From NCBI GenBank assembly GCA_050084515.1, contig CM114271.1:31000001-31064000 (forward strand): DNA of 64,000 nucleotides. The letters are read 5' to 3'. This DNA comes from Blasia pusilla. Lineage: Eukaryota. The notes below the pieces were generated by a model. The model was not told where the DNA came from, made no database searches, and saw only the letters and a list, made by a program, of their open reading frames with translations. Of this stretch, positions 26,180 through 37,519 are shown piece after piece (the first letter of the stretch is position 1; each line of letters starts with the position of its first letter). Both the position numbers and the translations under genes were made by a program.

Positions 26180-28393
26180 TCATGAGATATATGTAACACT
26201 AGTGCCGAAGTCTCACCAACTCTTCCTCCTCTTCCCCTAGCTCTAGTCACGCGCGTCCCACCTCCATGAGGAATAGTCCTTTCCAACTCAACATCAACTT
26301 TACCATCATCAGTTTCTTGTGTTGGCTGTGTCGGAAACATCTCTCACTCTCTCTCGAAGAATCCAAAGAGTTCCTCCTGCATTCGACGAGGGTAATAGTG
26401 TGTTCGAGGAAATCCGCCTTCAATCCTTTGAGAAATATCTTTCCATAAGAAAGGTGGCAAGATCAATTCGAGTCTCCTCAAAACAAGATCATCCATCAAT
26501 GGATTTTGATGATTGTTTAGCAAAAGTTGTCGAGTTGTGTTGACGGCGTCTCGAACTTCTTGCAAATTCAACCCCTAAGCAAAGAACAAGTTTTCCGCCT
26601 CTCGATTTTGGAGATCAATGGTTGTTCCGTGGATGAGCTCTCCTCGATCGTACATGTCAATGAGGCGGACCAACCACGCTCGCATTGCCCAATCAATCCT
26701 CCGTTGGCGAGGGATTTCTGCTTGAACCACCCCGTCTATGTTCACTTTGGGGTTATAGTTTGATCGGGGGCTACGATTTCCCAAACCGAAAGTGAAATTT
26801 TCTTGCTCTTGGGTTAATTTGCGATAAGTGGGTGATGCATTTCCATCAGGAGCATGGAAAGATATGCCAAAAAGATGATAGAGTCTTCCTCACCAAGCTT
26901 GTCTACAAGTTGGACACTTGTGAGATAGTAGCATGGTCTTTTGAAGATAATATGGATGCCAATAACAAGCTTTACATGTGCCTGTTACGTAGCAATTTTT
27001 TGCAGCGATGGGGTTGAAGCACATCCTGCATTTGGGCCAGTTGTTTGGCGTGAGGGCCCCTCCTTCACATACTGCAATTGCCTTCATCCAATCCTGAAGA
27101 TCTTGTACTTGTGTGCTCGGATTAAGAGGCGTTGGTGCCAACATCGTAGAGGCATAGTTGGCAGCGTTTGGATCTATAACATTGTCCCATGCTGCGCGTA
27201 GAGTTGGAGGCCACAACTTCTTGATAAGTTGAAATAAGATCATATCAACCTTCTTCACGATACGACCCTCAAGTAGAGTTGTCTTGGGGCTGAGTTCTCC
27301 CACATTACCTCTTGCTCTCCATCGCAACAATTCATCCATCTCTTGCTGTCGTCTTGCCATGATGTTCTCATATGCTCTCCTCCACTACTCTGTGTGGTCA
27401 ACCATTACATCTCTTTGCCATCTATGGAGGTCATCTCTGGCAATAGATTTGTTCAAAAGCCTCTCCATCTCTTTCTTCAATATGATGTGCTCCACATAAA
27501 GCTATTCATACTTCCCCTTCAAAACGTTGAATTTCACGGCCAAATCAAAATTGCATTGGGAATTTGTTATTGAACTCTCCAATTGTGATAGACGAGACAT
27601 TACCTCACTATTCTCCGTAGCACTCTCCCCACAAAAGGTTTGGGGAGGAGCACCGCTATGTATAGGGCGATCAGAATTCTCCCTGGGCTCATCAAAGCTC
27701 GTACTACGACCTACAAAGTTGACCTTCCGCCCCCATTTGTACTCGCCCTTCATCTCCACTCTTGTCTTGTATATCTTCTTCAGCATGAAAATTTCTTCTT
27801 TGACCATCCAAGGAAGATAGTATGGCTCTAAGGCTCCTTGATAATCCGCCTTGCTGATAATGGCGTGACGACGCTCGCGGTGATGAAGCTTCCACTCTTG
27901 CTCGTTTAAAGTGTGGTGGTGGGGTTCTAGTGTCTTCTTCTCTTGGTCTCTTTTCTCTTCTCAAAGACCCCTCATCCAAATCGCCATATTGTACCTCCAT
28001 ATCCTTCATCAACTCCGCGACTTTGAGCTGAACAGATACCTTGCTCACTAACTTCCTCTTCCTCTTCCTCTTGGGGAGGTCTTTGTACTTTCGGACGCCA
28101 TTGAATAAAGCCCAATCCTTTGTCCACTCATTCTCTTCCACTTTCCTTGCAAATTCTCTAATCGCATGCTCCGGCCACTTCAACCGCGACTTCTTGAACT
28201 CTCCTTTCAAAACTTGTGGGTCAATGGCGCTATCCAAGTGCGCCTTAAATTCATCTTCCGTGATGAATTGCGGGACCGTCTTCTTGTTCATCTTCGGAGG
28301 GATCTTTGTTGTCGGTGTATCGGGGGGTTCTTCCCCTCTTCCATCGTCCTCATTGTCGTGAGGGCAACGGTTTTCATGAGGTGGCAACTCCAT
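26180..28393 (-). pseudogene. hAT cargo gene 2: charged/coiled-coil protein with a RING-like finger, disrupted
   Basis: Successive ORF pieces 27704..28408, 27502..27807, 26890..27360, 26575..26784 and 26344..26571; CRMC...TCKACYWHPYY...KCPTC resembles a RING finger. Confidence 0.6.
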
Positions 28394-28587
28394 CTTGTCT
28401 TTTACCAAAATACAAAAAGAAAGGCGATTTAGAAATAATTACAATAATAGTGATACGATGACACACGATACATCCGCACATCAATCAAGATTCATCATTT
28501 AAAAAAATTTATAGTAACACATTCATCTTTTTGAACCAAGTCTTTCATTTCTCATGAAAAATATCCAATCCTCAAACGGGTTTACAA

Positions 28588-29970
28588 TCATACTACAACT
28601 CTTAGTGGCCTTAATCCCGAATCTACATTGTCTACACCTAATACTTTCGCATTTGCTCTCATGTATGCAAGAAGAAACTCTAAGCTTTTGCGATCAAAGG
28701 GATTCGGAGCTAATGCCCACTTTCCAATCCTTTCCAAATAAGTAAATCTCACGTTCGCGTGGGCATTCTCGACAGAGAGGTTGTATGTCACATAGTTCAA
28801 ATTCGTCACAATCATTCCTAGGGCATAGATTTCAGTGACCTTGCTTAAAGGAATATTCTGAGGCCCTACTATCAACTCTAGTGCTATATGCCCAACCTGA
28901 TTTTTTGTTCATGCTGCCACCATCTATGAGGAGACTCTACGACTTCATCAATCCACATGGCATTTCTCCAATCTCCAACGCCAATCTATGGGTTAGAATT
29001 GGATCCAAAACCCATGAACATGTTCCTAGCATGGAGGTTGGTATGAAAAACCCCATGCTTGTGGACAGTCTCCATGGTACCAAGAAGGGCAACCAGAAGA
29101 CAGACGATATTTGATGCTATTTCGAGACACCTCCTCTTTTCCAACTCTCCTAGATTACCCCCGCCGTTCTTCAAGCTATGGCATGCTCGCAACCCATTTT
29201 CAAGGTGTCCACCATTCCAATATGGAAAAATGGCACGCGGTGGATCCTCAATCAACCTTCCCTCCATGCGAACAACACCGCGATGTAGAATACTCGCAAA
29301 TAATTCCTCGCGCATCATCAATTTTCTAGATCCTGATAGAGATGATTCCTTATACACCTACATGCAATAGTACATTTCTTCCCTAAATCCATGGGTTCCG
29401 TTTATTTTACAATGGTACAAAATTTTGTGTAAACCGGTTCCCACGATATCGCTCGAGTCATGTTCTATTACTACTTTCTTATCGGAAATCAATGTTATTG
29501 CCCATGGAATGGTCAATGTCAACCCTAGAGAAGTACTACGTCCCTTGAAAAGATGTTGAGCACTTCTTAACTCTATACAAAATCTTTCTAGGAAAGTTGA
29601 CTCTACAGCATTCTGCTTCTCATCCTTATATGTCTTGAGATTGACATAGGCTCTCTCTAGGATAACACCTTGTTGGGCACAAAATTTAGTCAACCTATCA
29701 GCCTTTGCGGCATCCACTTCCCAATCAAATGCCTTTGCCACTCTATTGGACAATCTCTACAATTCCAAGGTGTAGTCATGTAAACCATCCATATCCCTCA
29801 AAATGTAGGATCGTCTCTTATCTAAAGAAAGCTGGAAAAACCAATCTATCCATGCCTCTCTTACGGCCATGTTGAAATCAATCCCCTGAATTTGCTCTTT
29901 TCATCTTGGTACTGACATTGGACTCATTTTGGTTCTCTCCCGCTCTGGATGACCCAACCCCACTAGACAT
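28588..29970 (-). pseudogene. hAT cargo gene 1: divergent eukaryotic protein kinase, disrupted
   Basis: IVGTG Gly loop; YCM*VYK (VAIK position); REE...LHRGVV; FPYWNGGHL; VHKHGVFHTNLHARNMFM catalytic loop; IGVGDW (DFG position); TEIYALG; PNPFDR. Confidence 0.8.
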
Positions 29971-32811
29971 TTTCCTTGGATGAAGAAGATAATAATATCT
30001 TAAAAAATACAAGGGAAAGAAATGCACGGGTTGAGATGAGAAAATACCAAAAAAGAATGACGCGAGATGCTAAAATAATGGTTCATAATGTACCGGCGCG
30101 TGATTGATGGAAGTTTAGGGTTGGGCTCTCAAAGGGAATAGGTAGATATGGGCGTGTTTAGACAAGGTTCCTTGATCACCTCCACATCTCCAATATGCTA
30201 AAGAGAACCAATGAAACAAATCAAAACACTCGGGTCTATGAAGCGGAAATCTCAAAATCACCAAACAAGTTTGGTGAAACAAGAGATTTCCACACTCACA
30301 AACACTCACCTAATGTGGAGTCAATTGGAGTTTATTTAAGATGCAACAAGGAGTGCAAATATCGAAGTTGGTCCCAAATAAGATCCAAGTACTCCCAAAA
30401 GGCACCCAAAGGATTTCTCCAAAATTCCTAGTAACCTTGAAAGCCCTTAGCTATCAAGGCACCATAAAAATTTGGAGCCAAATCCAAAATATCACTAAAA
30501 AACTGGATAAATAGGAGAAATAATTGATAAGTAGGTAATTAACCCCTTAACTCCCCTCCATATGTACATTTTTGGGGCCCCTTGTGGGCCCTTCCCTTAT
30601 GGGTCTTACCCAAAAGGAAGAAAAAGGCAAGGGAGGGGGAAGGGGAGGGGATTGGGGCCAAGTTCGAACTTGGCCCTGGCCACTCCCAGGATGCCACATG
30701 TACCCGTGGGGTTCATGGGATGTAGGCTCCACACGGGCGCCACGTGGGCACGGACGATAGGCCGGTTGACGGTGGACTACAGTGGGCTGCGCCACATGGC
30801 ACAGCCCAATTCCACGATGCTCACGTGGGCTAAGGTGGGCCTTCGAGCGGGCTAAGGCGGGCTACGGTGGGCCCTCAAGGAGTCCATGGTGGGCTACGGG
30901 GGGCCTGTCGGGCGGGCGGGCGGGCGGGGGGCTCGCGGGCCTGCATGCAGGCTCTGTTGCGGCACTAGAGCCCGCATGCGGGTTGGGGGCGGGCGTCGCG
31001 GATCCTAGGGCCCGCATACAGGTGGGGGGCAGGGGGCAGGGGGCAAGGGGGGCTCGCGGGTCTACATGCAGGCTCCGTCGTGGCCCTAGAGCCCGCATGC
31101 AGGCGGGGGGCGGGTGTCACGGGCCCGTATGCGACGGGCTGGGGCTCACGGGCTATACGCGGGCCATAGAGCTGGCGTGCGCGGTCATGGAGCCCGCACG
31201 GAGATGTCCGTTCTCGGGACGGACATATGTCCGCGGACACGGACTTTGTCTGTGTGCAACCTTGCTGCCAAGGTCATGGAGGATGTGTGGTAGGATTGGA
31301 GGATATATTTGCCGATGAGAATATCCTGGCAACCTTGGTAAGTTTCTAACTTATAGACTACTTCTATGTTTAAGGTGTTTTCAAATTATTTCAGAATACT
31401 AATGCAAGTTAGTCCGACTATGTGTGGTAAGGCATTCCTTTTGTTGATGGGGAAGGTCCTAAAGCGGACTCACATCGGATATGAGAATGCTGCGGACTTC
31501 ACCAAAAAAAAATTTATATTTGAAATTTCTGAGGAGAAAGGAGAAGAAAAAATGAGGAATTATCATGGGAGTGAGTTTCCTAAATTTTGTCTTTTTAAAG
31601 TGATATCTTTATACACTTTCAAAGGGGAGAAATGTAGAATAGGGTAGGGAAGATGAAATAAGGGAGAGAGACTCTATACTTGTGTGCCACATGCGTTTAG
31701 GTTCTCACTTATGTAGAAAAATAATCATATTTTACCTATATAAAAACATGACGAGGGAAAGATTTGTAATGCAGTCCTACAAATTCCTTCCGATCCCTCT
31801 CCGGATTTAAGTCTCCCTCCAACTCCAAAAGCCTTCGCAATTTTCAGTTCCAAGTCCGAATCTGCATCGAAGTTCCAAATTTGAAACGTGACAAATGGAA
31901 TGGTGCTAGTGGGATCACTTACAGACACCATGTGCTCATCTGCATGATCTGTCATCTTCACAACGAAGCTCTACGATCGAATAGTTTCCGATGTTATAAT
32001 TTCCGTGGACGGCTGCTTGCAATAATAGCGAGGCTGAAGCTTACAGGAAATCCCGAGTTTGGAAACCCATTCATTTCGGGATCACAACATGAGGAAGCCA
32101 AGCAAACGAAGGCCTTAGGAATACGTGTATGAGATCATTGTCAATGTCCGTAATATAGGCCCGGGAAAAGAGTAGGACAGGAAACACTCATGCTGTCTGT
32201 GAGGCTCAGCCGATATTTATGGAGTATTCTTTATGAAGAGAGCGTTCTGATCTAAGAATTGAAGTGGCGTCTTGAATTCGTTGAGTCTTGGCGATGGGGC
32301 TGGATTCTGGAAAACTCGATTCCGACCGAGCTCGTGCCGTTGTGATCGAGTCTGCCGTGTGGAGATCGTGTGCATTCAGGGATGGATCTTCCCGTACATG
32401 CGATTCGCTGGCTCATTCTCTAGCCGAGGATGTGCTTGTCGGAACCCCCGCGAGAAAAGGAAATGTGCCGATCCTTAAAAACTCGATCCGCTGCCTGAAT
32501 CTGGACGGAGAGCTCCGTGGAAAAAATGGCTCTCGAGAAGCCTCAGCGTGTGTACGAGACATGGCGGACCGACTCACGGAGGGACCGTCGGTGTTGATAT
32601 TCCATCCGATCGATCCTGTCGATTGCAAGCGTCGAGTAGCTTGGGATCGATCTAAGCTAGCAGCAAAAAGCGCTGCTTCCGACCTCGTTCGCGAACAATC
32701 TGATGAACCACATGCCCCTGGGCATCGGGTCAACTACGCGGAGTGAGAAAGCCTGATCCCTCAGCTCTTTGCAACGCGTGCGCAAAGGAGGGTTTGCAAT
32801 GGGAAGGGAGA

Positions 32812-34731
32812 TCAAGCGTCCTCAGGGCGGCTGTCGAAGTTCGTGACGAGGCGAACTCCGGCCCAACGGAGGGACAGTTCGATGTCCATGACATCTCGGA
32901 GATACGGTGCTCGATCTGAGATGTTCCCCACGGGCGGATCTTGGAAAGGGCAGTCCCACATGGTGGTCGAGGTCTGCTGGGCAACGTCCACCGTTCTCCC
33001 CCGCACGCAAGGCTCCAGCTTGGTCCCGTTGGGTGGATCTTCCATGAACTCGATGAAGTAGGGAGTGATCGCTCCGTAGGCCTGCGCCAGGCCTCCGAAG
33101 GTGGAGAGCGGGGTGATGAGGAGTTGGTCGGAGAAGCTGAGCAGAAAGATTTCCGAGAACGCTTGTACGTCTTCGTTTTCGTCGTGCAAGATCTGCTTCT
33201 GTTGGCTCGTCAGCTGCACCACGCTCACGTCCTCTCCCGTCACGGTGATGGGATTTTCTAGATACGGTTTGGAGATGTGATCGAACAAGTCACGGAACAA
33301 TGATGCGATGTAAACCATGATGACGGGAGATCGCTTGATGGAATCGAGCGACTGCTCCGGTGCGGTCTTCAGTTTCATCTGGGAGAACCGGGGAAGAATG
33401 CCCTCCTTCCACAGGCACTCGATGATGCGGGTGTCGATTAGCGTCTCCATGCGGTTCTTCATATCCACGCCGTCTCTGAACCGCAACTGAATTCCCACTC
33501 GGCGATCTGCCGCGCTGAGCAGGTAAGCGTGGTTGAGATGCTTCACTCGAGTCCAGACTGTCTCACTCGGCAGCGCGACGCTTCTTACCAGTCTCGTCAG
33601 TACCATCCGGTCTGGAAACAAGGCCTCCAGAGCCGGCATGAAGGTAGGAGTCGTGAAGATTCGGGGAACTGTGTTTATGTACCCGCTCCACAACACGAAA
33701 GGAACCTGGGCGTAGTACTCTTGCTCTGCCGTGCAGTAGAATCTGGAAAGTGGTTGATAATCATGGGTGAGTTCCGGGGAACCCACCACCGCGTAATCTT
33801 GAGACCTCCAGGGAAACGTCGCATTTTCATCCTTGTAGCTTTCGAACACGGATAGCGACTTCTGTGCTGCCAAATTCGAAGATGCATTACGACCGAACTG
33901 CTTAACATGCTCATCTATTTCACGGAAGAATTCCTCATCATCCTTCCACCCGGAAAGATCAAATCCGAACCAACCATGACCATTATAGCGAGGTAGGGGG
34001 AAATCAGAACGTATTAGCCAAGACGAACCCATGAAAGGCTCGCAGGTGTTATCCGGTAAAAGGCTTCGAGTGGCCAACAGCAAGATTCTCTGCGTGGAAA
34101 TTGCATATAGAAAGGCAGAAGCTAGAACCAAGACCTTGTTCCCCATTCCCGTGCCTTCGGCAGGATCTGTAATCAAGAACTTGCAACCAGGTATGTCTTG
34201 CCGCTCACGATAGTACCTAGTGATGTCCGGGATCTTCTTCGTGCAAGCCCGGTGGAGTTCGGAGTACTCCTCCATGACTTGGTCCCACGCTGGGTTCGCG
34301 GGAAGATGGTTGACGTGCTTTCTCTCATTAAACATGATTGGCAGCTCCAATCGGCTGGCACACGGATTGCGACTCTGCCATTCCTCTCTCTCCTTGTCAC
34401 TGATTTTCTCCATCACTCCCTCAGTCACCATTCTCCGAGTTTTCTGGAGCGCCTCAAGCAACAACGAACCGTCAGCTGCAGGCAGCTGGCTTCGTGAATG
34501 CTTCTCATGTTGATACCCTTCAGACCTTGGCTGTGAAGAATCTCTAGAAAAGCTTTCCGAAGAAGTAAACGGCACTGGAGCAGTTTCTGGAACAACACGA
34601 AATTTGATCATGCGACTTAAGGCGCGATATTGTGGCAATGCAAACCATTCGGATATCACAATGAGAAATATCGCCAGCAGAAAAATGCGATAGATAGCTG
34701 AGAGACGACATGACTCCGCTGGTTTATCCAT
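32812..34731 (-). CDS. FUT: GT37-family galactoside 2-alpha-L-fucosyltransferase (xyloglucan/AGP FUT-like), 639 aa, single exon
   Basis: Intact ORF; N-terminal type II TM segment; GMGNKVLVLASAFLYA, CEPFMGSSWL, VGIQLR, FSEIFLLSFSDQLLITPLSTFGGLAQAYG motifs. Confidence 0.93.
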   Translation of the reverse strand: MDKPAESCRLSAIYRIFLLAIFLIVISEWFALPQYRALSRMIKFRVVPETAPVPFTSSESFSRDSSQPRSEGYQHEKHSRSQLPAADGSLLLEALQKTRRMVTEGVMEKISDKEREEWQSRNPCASRLELPIMFNERKHVNHLPANPAWDQVMEEYSELHRACTKKIPDITRYYRERQDIPGCKFLITDPAEGTGMGNKVLVLASAFLYAISTQRILLLATRSLLPDNTCEPFMGSSWLIRSDFPLPRYNGHGWFGFDLSGWKDDEEFFREIDEHVKQFGRNASSNLAAQKSLSVFESYKDENATFPWRSQDYAVVGSPELTHDYQPLSRFYCTAEQEYYAQVPFVLWSGYINTVPRIFTTPTFMPALEALFPDRMVLTRLVRSVALPSETVWTRVKHLNHAYLLSAADRRVGIQLRFRDGVDMKNRMETLIDTRIIECLWKEGILPRFSQMKLKTAPEQSLDSIKRSPVIMVYIASLFRDLFDHISKPYLENPITVTGEDVSVVQLTSQQKQILHDENEDVQAFSEIFLLSFSDQLLITPLSTFGGLAQAYGAITPYFIEFMEDPPNGTKLEPCVRGRTVDVAQQTSTTMWDCPFQDPPVGNISDRAPYLRDVMDIELSLRWAGVRLVTNFDSRPEDA

Positions 34732-35102
34732 GAGAAAAGTGCACTCCTGCCTGACTGAATCCCTGGAAGTTTGGCCCGGGTCCCGTGCTGTGGAGACCGA
34801 TCCTACTTATATAGCTCTCTTTGCTTGAAACTCTAACAAGCTGCAACGAATTTTCCCCGGATTCCGTGAGTATACTCGAGTCAGCGCCGTTCTTGACGTT
34901 GGAGGTCAAGTTTACCAATTTTGGAACGAGAGCTGCACGCATAGGAATGGTAGTGCACTTACTTCTACGTCTCATGAACCCATCACGTCGGATCTTTCAA
35001 AGTCTCATGAATCTGTGACTGGGGATCGAATTCCCTTCCATTGCCCACAACGTCCCTACTCCCGCCATTCGCCATAACGTCGTGGACATTCACTCTGGAA
35101 TC

Positions 35103-35268
35103 CCAACCACACTCACTGTCTCACGCATTCTGATGGGTCGGAAATATGATAATACGTGCGAACTAGTTCCAATATTCACACTGAACCAACCACACTCACT
35201 GTCTCACGCATTCTGATGGGTCGGAAATATGATAATACGTGCGAACTAGTTCCAATGTTCACACTGAA
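35103..35268. repeat. Near-perfect 83-bp tandem duplication upstream of FUT
   Basis: CCAACCACACTCACTG...TTCACACTGAA occurs twice head-to-tail with one substitution. Confidence 0.95.
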
Positions 35269-37519
35269 AACCGACAAAAAATTTCAACCATTCGCGAATC
35301 TTAGCGTCTGTGACTGATCGATGGCATGTAATTCTCTGTCAGCAGTAATTTCGTATTTCTGTGTTTCTCACAAACGTCTCAGACTCGTGATCGGGATCCA
35401 CGTTCTCTGTGGCATGAAGGAAATCTATTCAAACCTGGCCCACGACGGTGCTGAGACTCGCTCTAAACTCTTTCGAATGAGGCCTCCTCAAGACGGAGTT
35501 GAGCTAAGAGGTAGACTGCTCTTCACAGTGTTCTCGTAAACTTAAGAAGGTCATGCTTTCTTTCCCGCACACGGTGTAAGAATCCGACACGCTTAAGTAA
35601 ATTAAGGGGAATGTATTTTTCGAGAGAATTTATTTGAGAAGATCCAAGTGAATAGGGTTAGGAATCTACTTTCACAACTTCAGGAATGCTAATGATTTTC
35701 AGCTACTTCAGGTATTTTTGTGGAGGTGAATGGAAAACTGCGTCGTGCCAGCTTCATTCGAAGACCACCATCGGTCTTCGGATTGGGCATGCTGAGCCAT
35801 TCGGGTTCACCGTGAACAATATGTAGGTCCATACTCATGATGACTCTTCGTGGTCGGAGTTGCGATGAACCTCATGGTTGTTCTCGCTCTCCTTCAAGCA
35901 AACTGTGAGACCTCAACAAATTACGTCAAAGTTTGCTTCGTCATTGGTACTTCACCGTGACCGAGCACCTGCCGTGCAAAGAGTCTGCCAAGAGAATGAG
36001 CGGGAAATTTGGGTATCTGAAGCCAGGCTGAATTAAAGTGCCCAACGGAATGTTGAATTCGATTCATGAATGCTGCAGTGTGCGGAGAGGTGTTAGCGTG
36101 TATGTGATAGTTTCCCTCAGTTGGTCGTGTGTTGTGGACTTGAAGATTGTCTCCATGGTATTCCAGCCCTAAAGAGTCTACATTGACCCTACACAACTAG
36201 CTTCGGATCCCGCCAAGGTGACTAACCAAACCTTGCACTGCCATTTCAATTGAAGGCTGAGGAAAATTCATGAACTGCATCACCCCTAGTGACGCTCTTG
36301 ATTTGGTTCGGTGAGATTCTTCTGCAACGTACCCCACAACCTTCACCATTCTTATCCGACAAGCTGTTGCGCATCCAAAATCGTCCCACACATGGACTGT
36401 TGATGCGGAGGTGCTGATGTGCGAAAGTCCTCTTGGTGCCTCACCGCGGGTCTTGGATTTGGAAAATTGCGGGAAGTGGAGAATGGGAAGGAGTTTCCAT
36501 TTCAAACCTTAATGGATTCCCATTGTGAAGGTTAATCGAGTGGTTTTGGTAGTATAGTTGCATTGGGAAGTGAGGACTGTCTTGAATTTTCTGAAAGTGA
36601 CGTCTCAGGAGAGTGAATTTGGTTGCTCACCTAAACCCTAAAGATACAGAAGAAATAGTGATGATTCTTTATTAGATTTCTGGTGCTCGCGCACCAGAAA
36701 TGTAATAAAGAATAGAGCTGCAAAAGACGTCCTTCCTCTTAACTCAATCATGAAGACTCCGAAATTGACCAACCGAGAAGAACAGTATAGTGTTATGAAC
36801 GGTCCAGGCACAACGTCTGCCACCAGTGCTCCAATCCATAACCCGCCACTCCTGGCAAAATTGACACATGTGGTGGTCGCTCCATGATACAAAACAATCA
36901 GCCTTAACAGACAGCGTCCCAGAGGTGCTTGGTATTCCTCAGACTACGAATTTCGATCAGCCCGGATTCCAATCCGACCCCATGCTTCCCTTCACAAAGA
37001 ACCGAAGTGACGCGACCAGTTCCAAAACATCGGCCATGCGAAACATACCACAACCGTTCAGAAAAATGGAAGTAAAAGAGAACCATACGAACCAAACGCT
37101 TAGACTGGAAATCTCTACCAAGAGAACCCTGACAATTGGCACCTCTACGTGAAAAGTCTCTTCACAACTAGATACAATATTTGGGCTAATAAACCTAATA
37201 AAGATGGGCTACTAATGAAAATCGATTACTTTGGATTCAAATGGGATCTCTAAGATCCTTTTCGAGTTCTCCCAGTTTGCAGTATTGAGTACCCTAAACG
37301 CAAGTGAGTTCAATACTTGGTCACGTCGATTCGGATCGACCTCCCTTATCCATGCTCCAGGAATACGACATTCTCCACAAAAATATAAATGAGGCTTGGA
37401 AAAATAAAGAAATTTGCGCCATGAAGAACCCGAGCCTTCAAATACTTGAAATGTGATCAGTGACGGTGCTGCCGCGGTGCCCGCCACACTTACAAAATCC
37501 ATAAACATGAACAAGGCCT

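Larger units (their letters stand above)
19674..31264 (+). mobile_element. Complete 11.6-kb hAT DNA transposon with cargo genes
   Basis: Perfect 11-bp TIR CAAGGTTGCAC/GTGCAACCTTG; 8-bp TSD CTCCCAAG (19666-19673) vs CTGCCAAG (31265-31272); GCGGGC/GCCCGC subterminal arrays at both ends; internal hAT transposase. Confidence 0.9.

Noticed and set aside
32288-32746. 152-aa ORF convergent with FUT
   Set aside because: No motif and a non-ATG start; probably GC-rich 3' UTR or flank.
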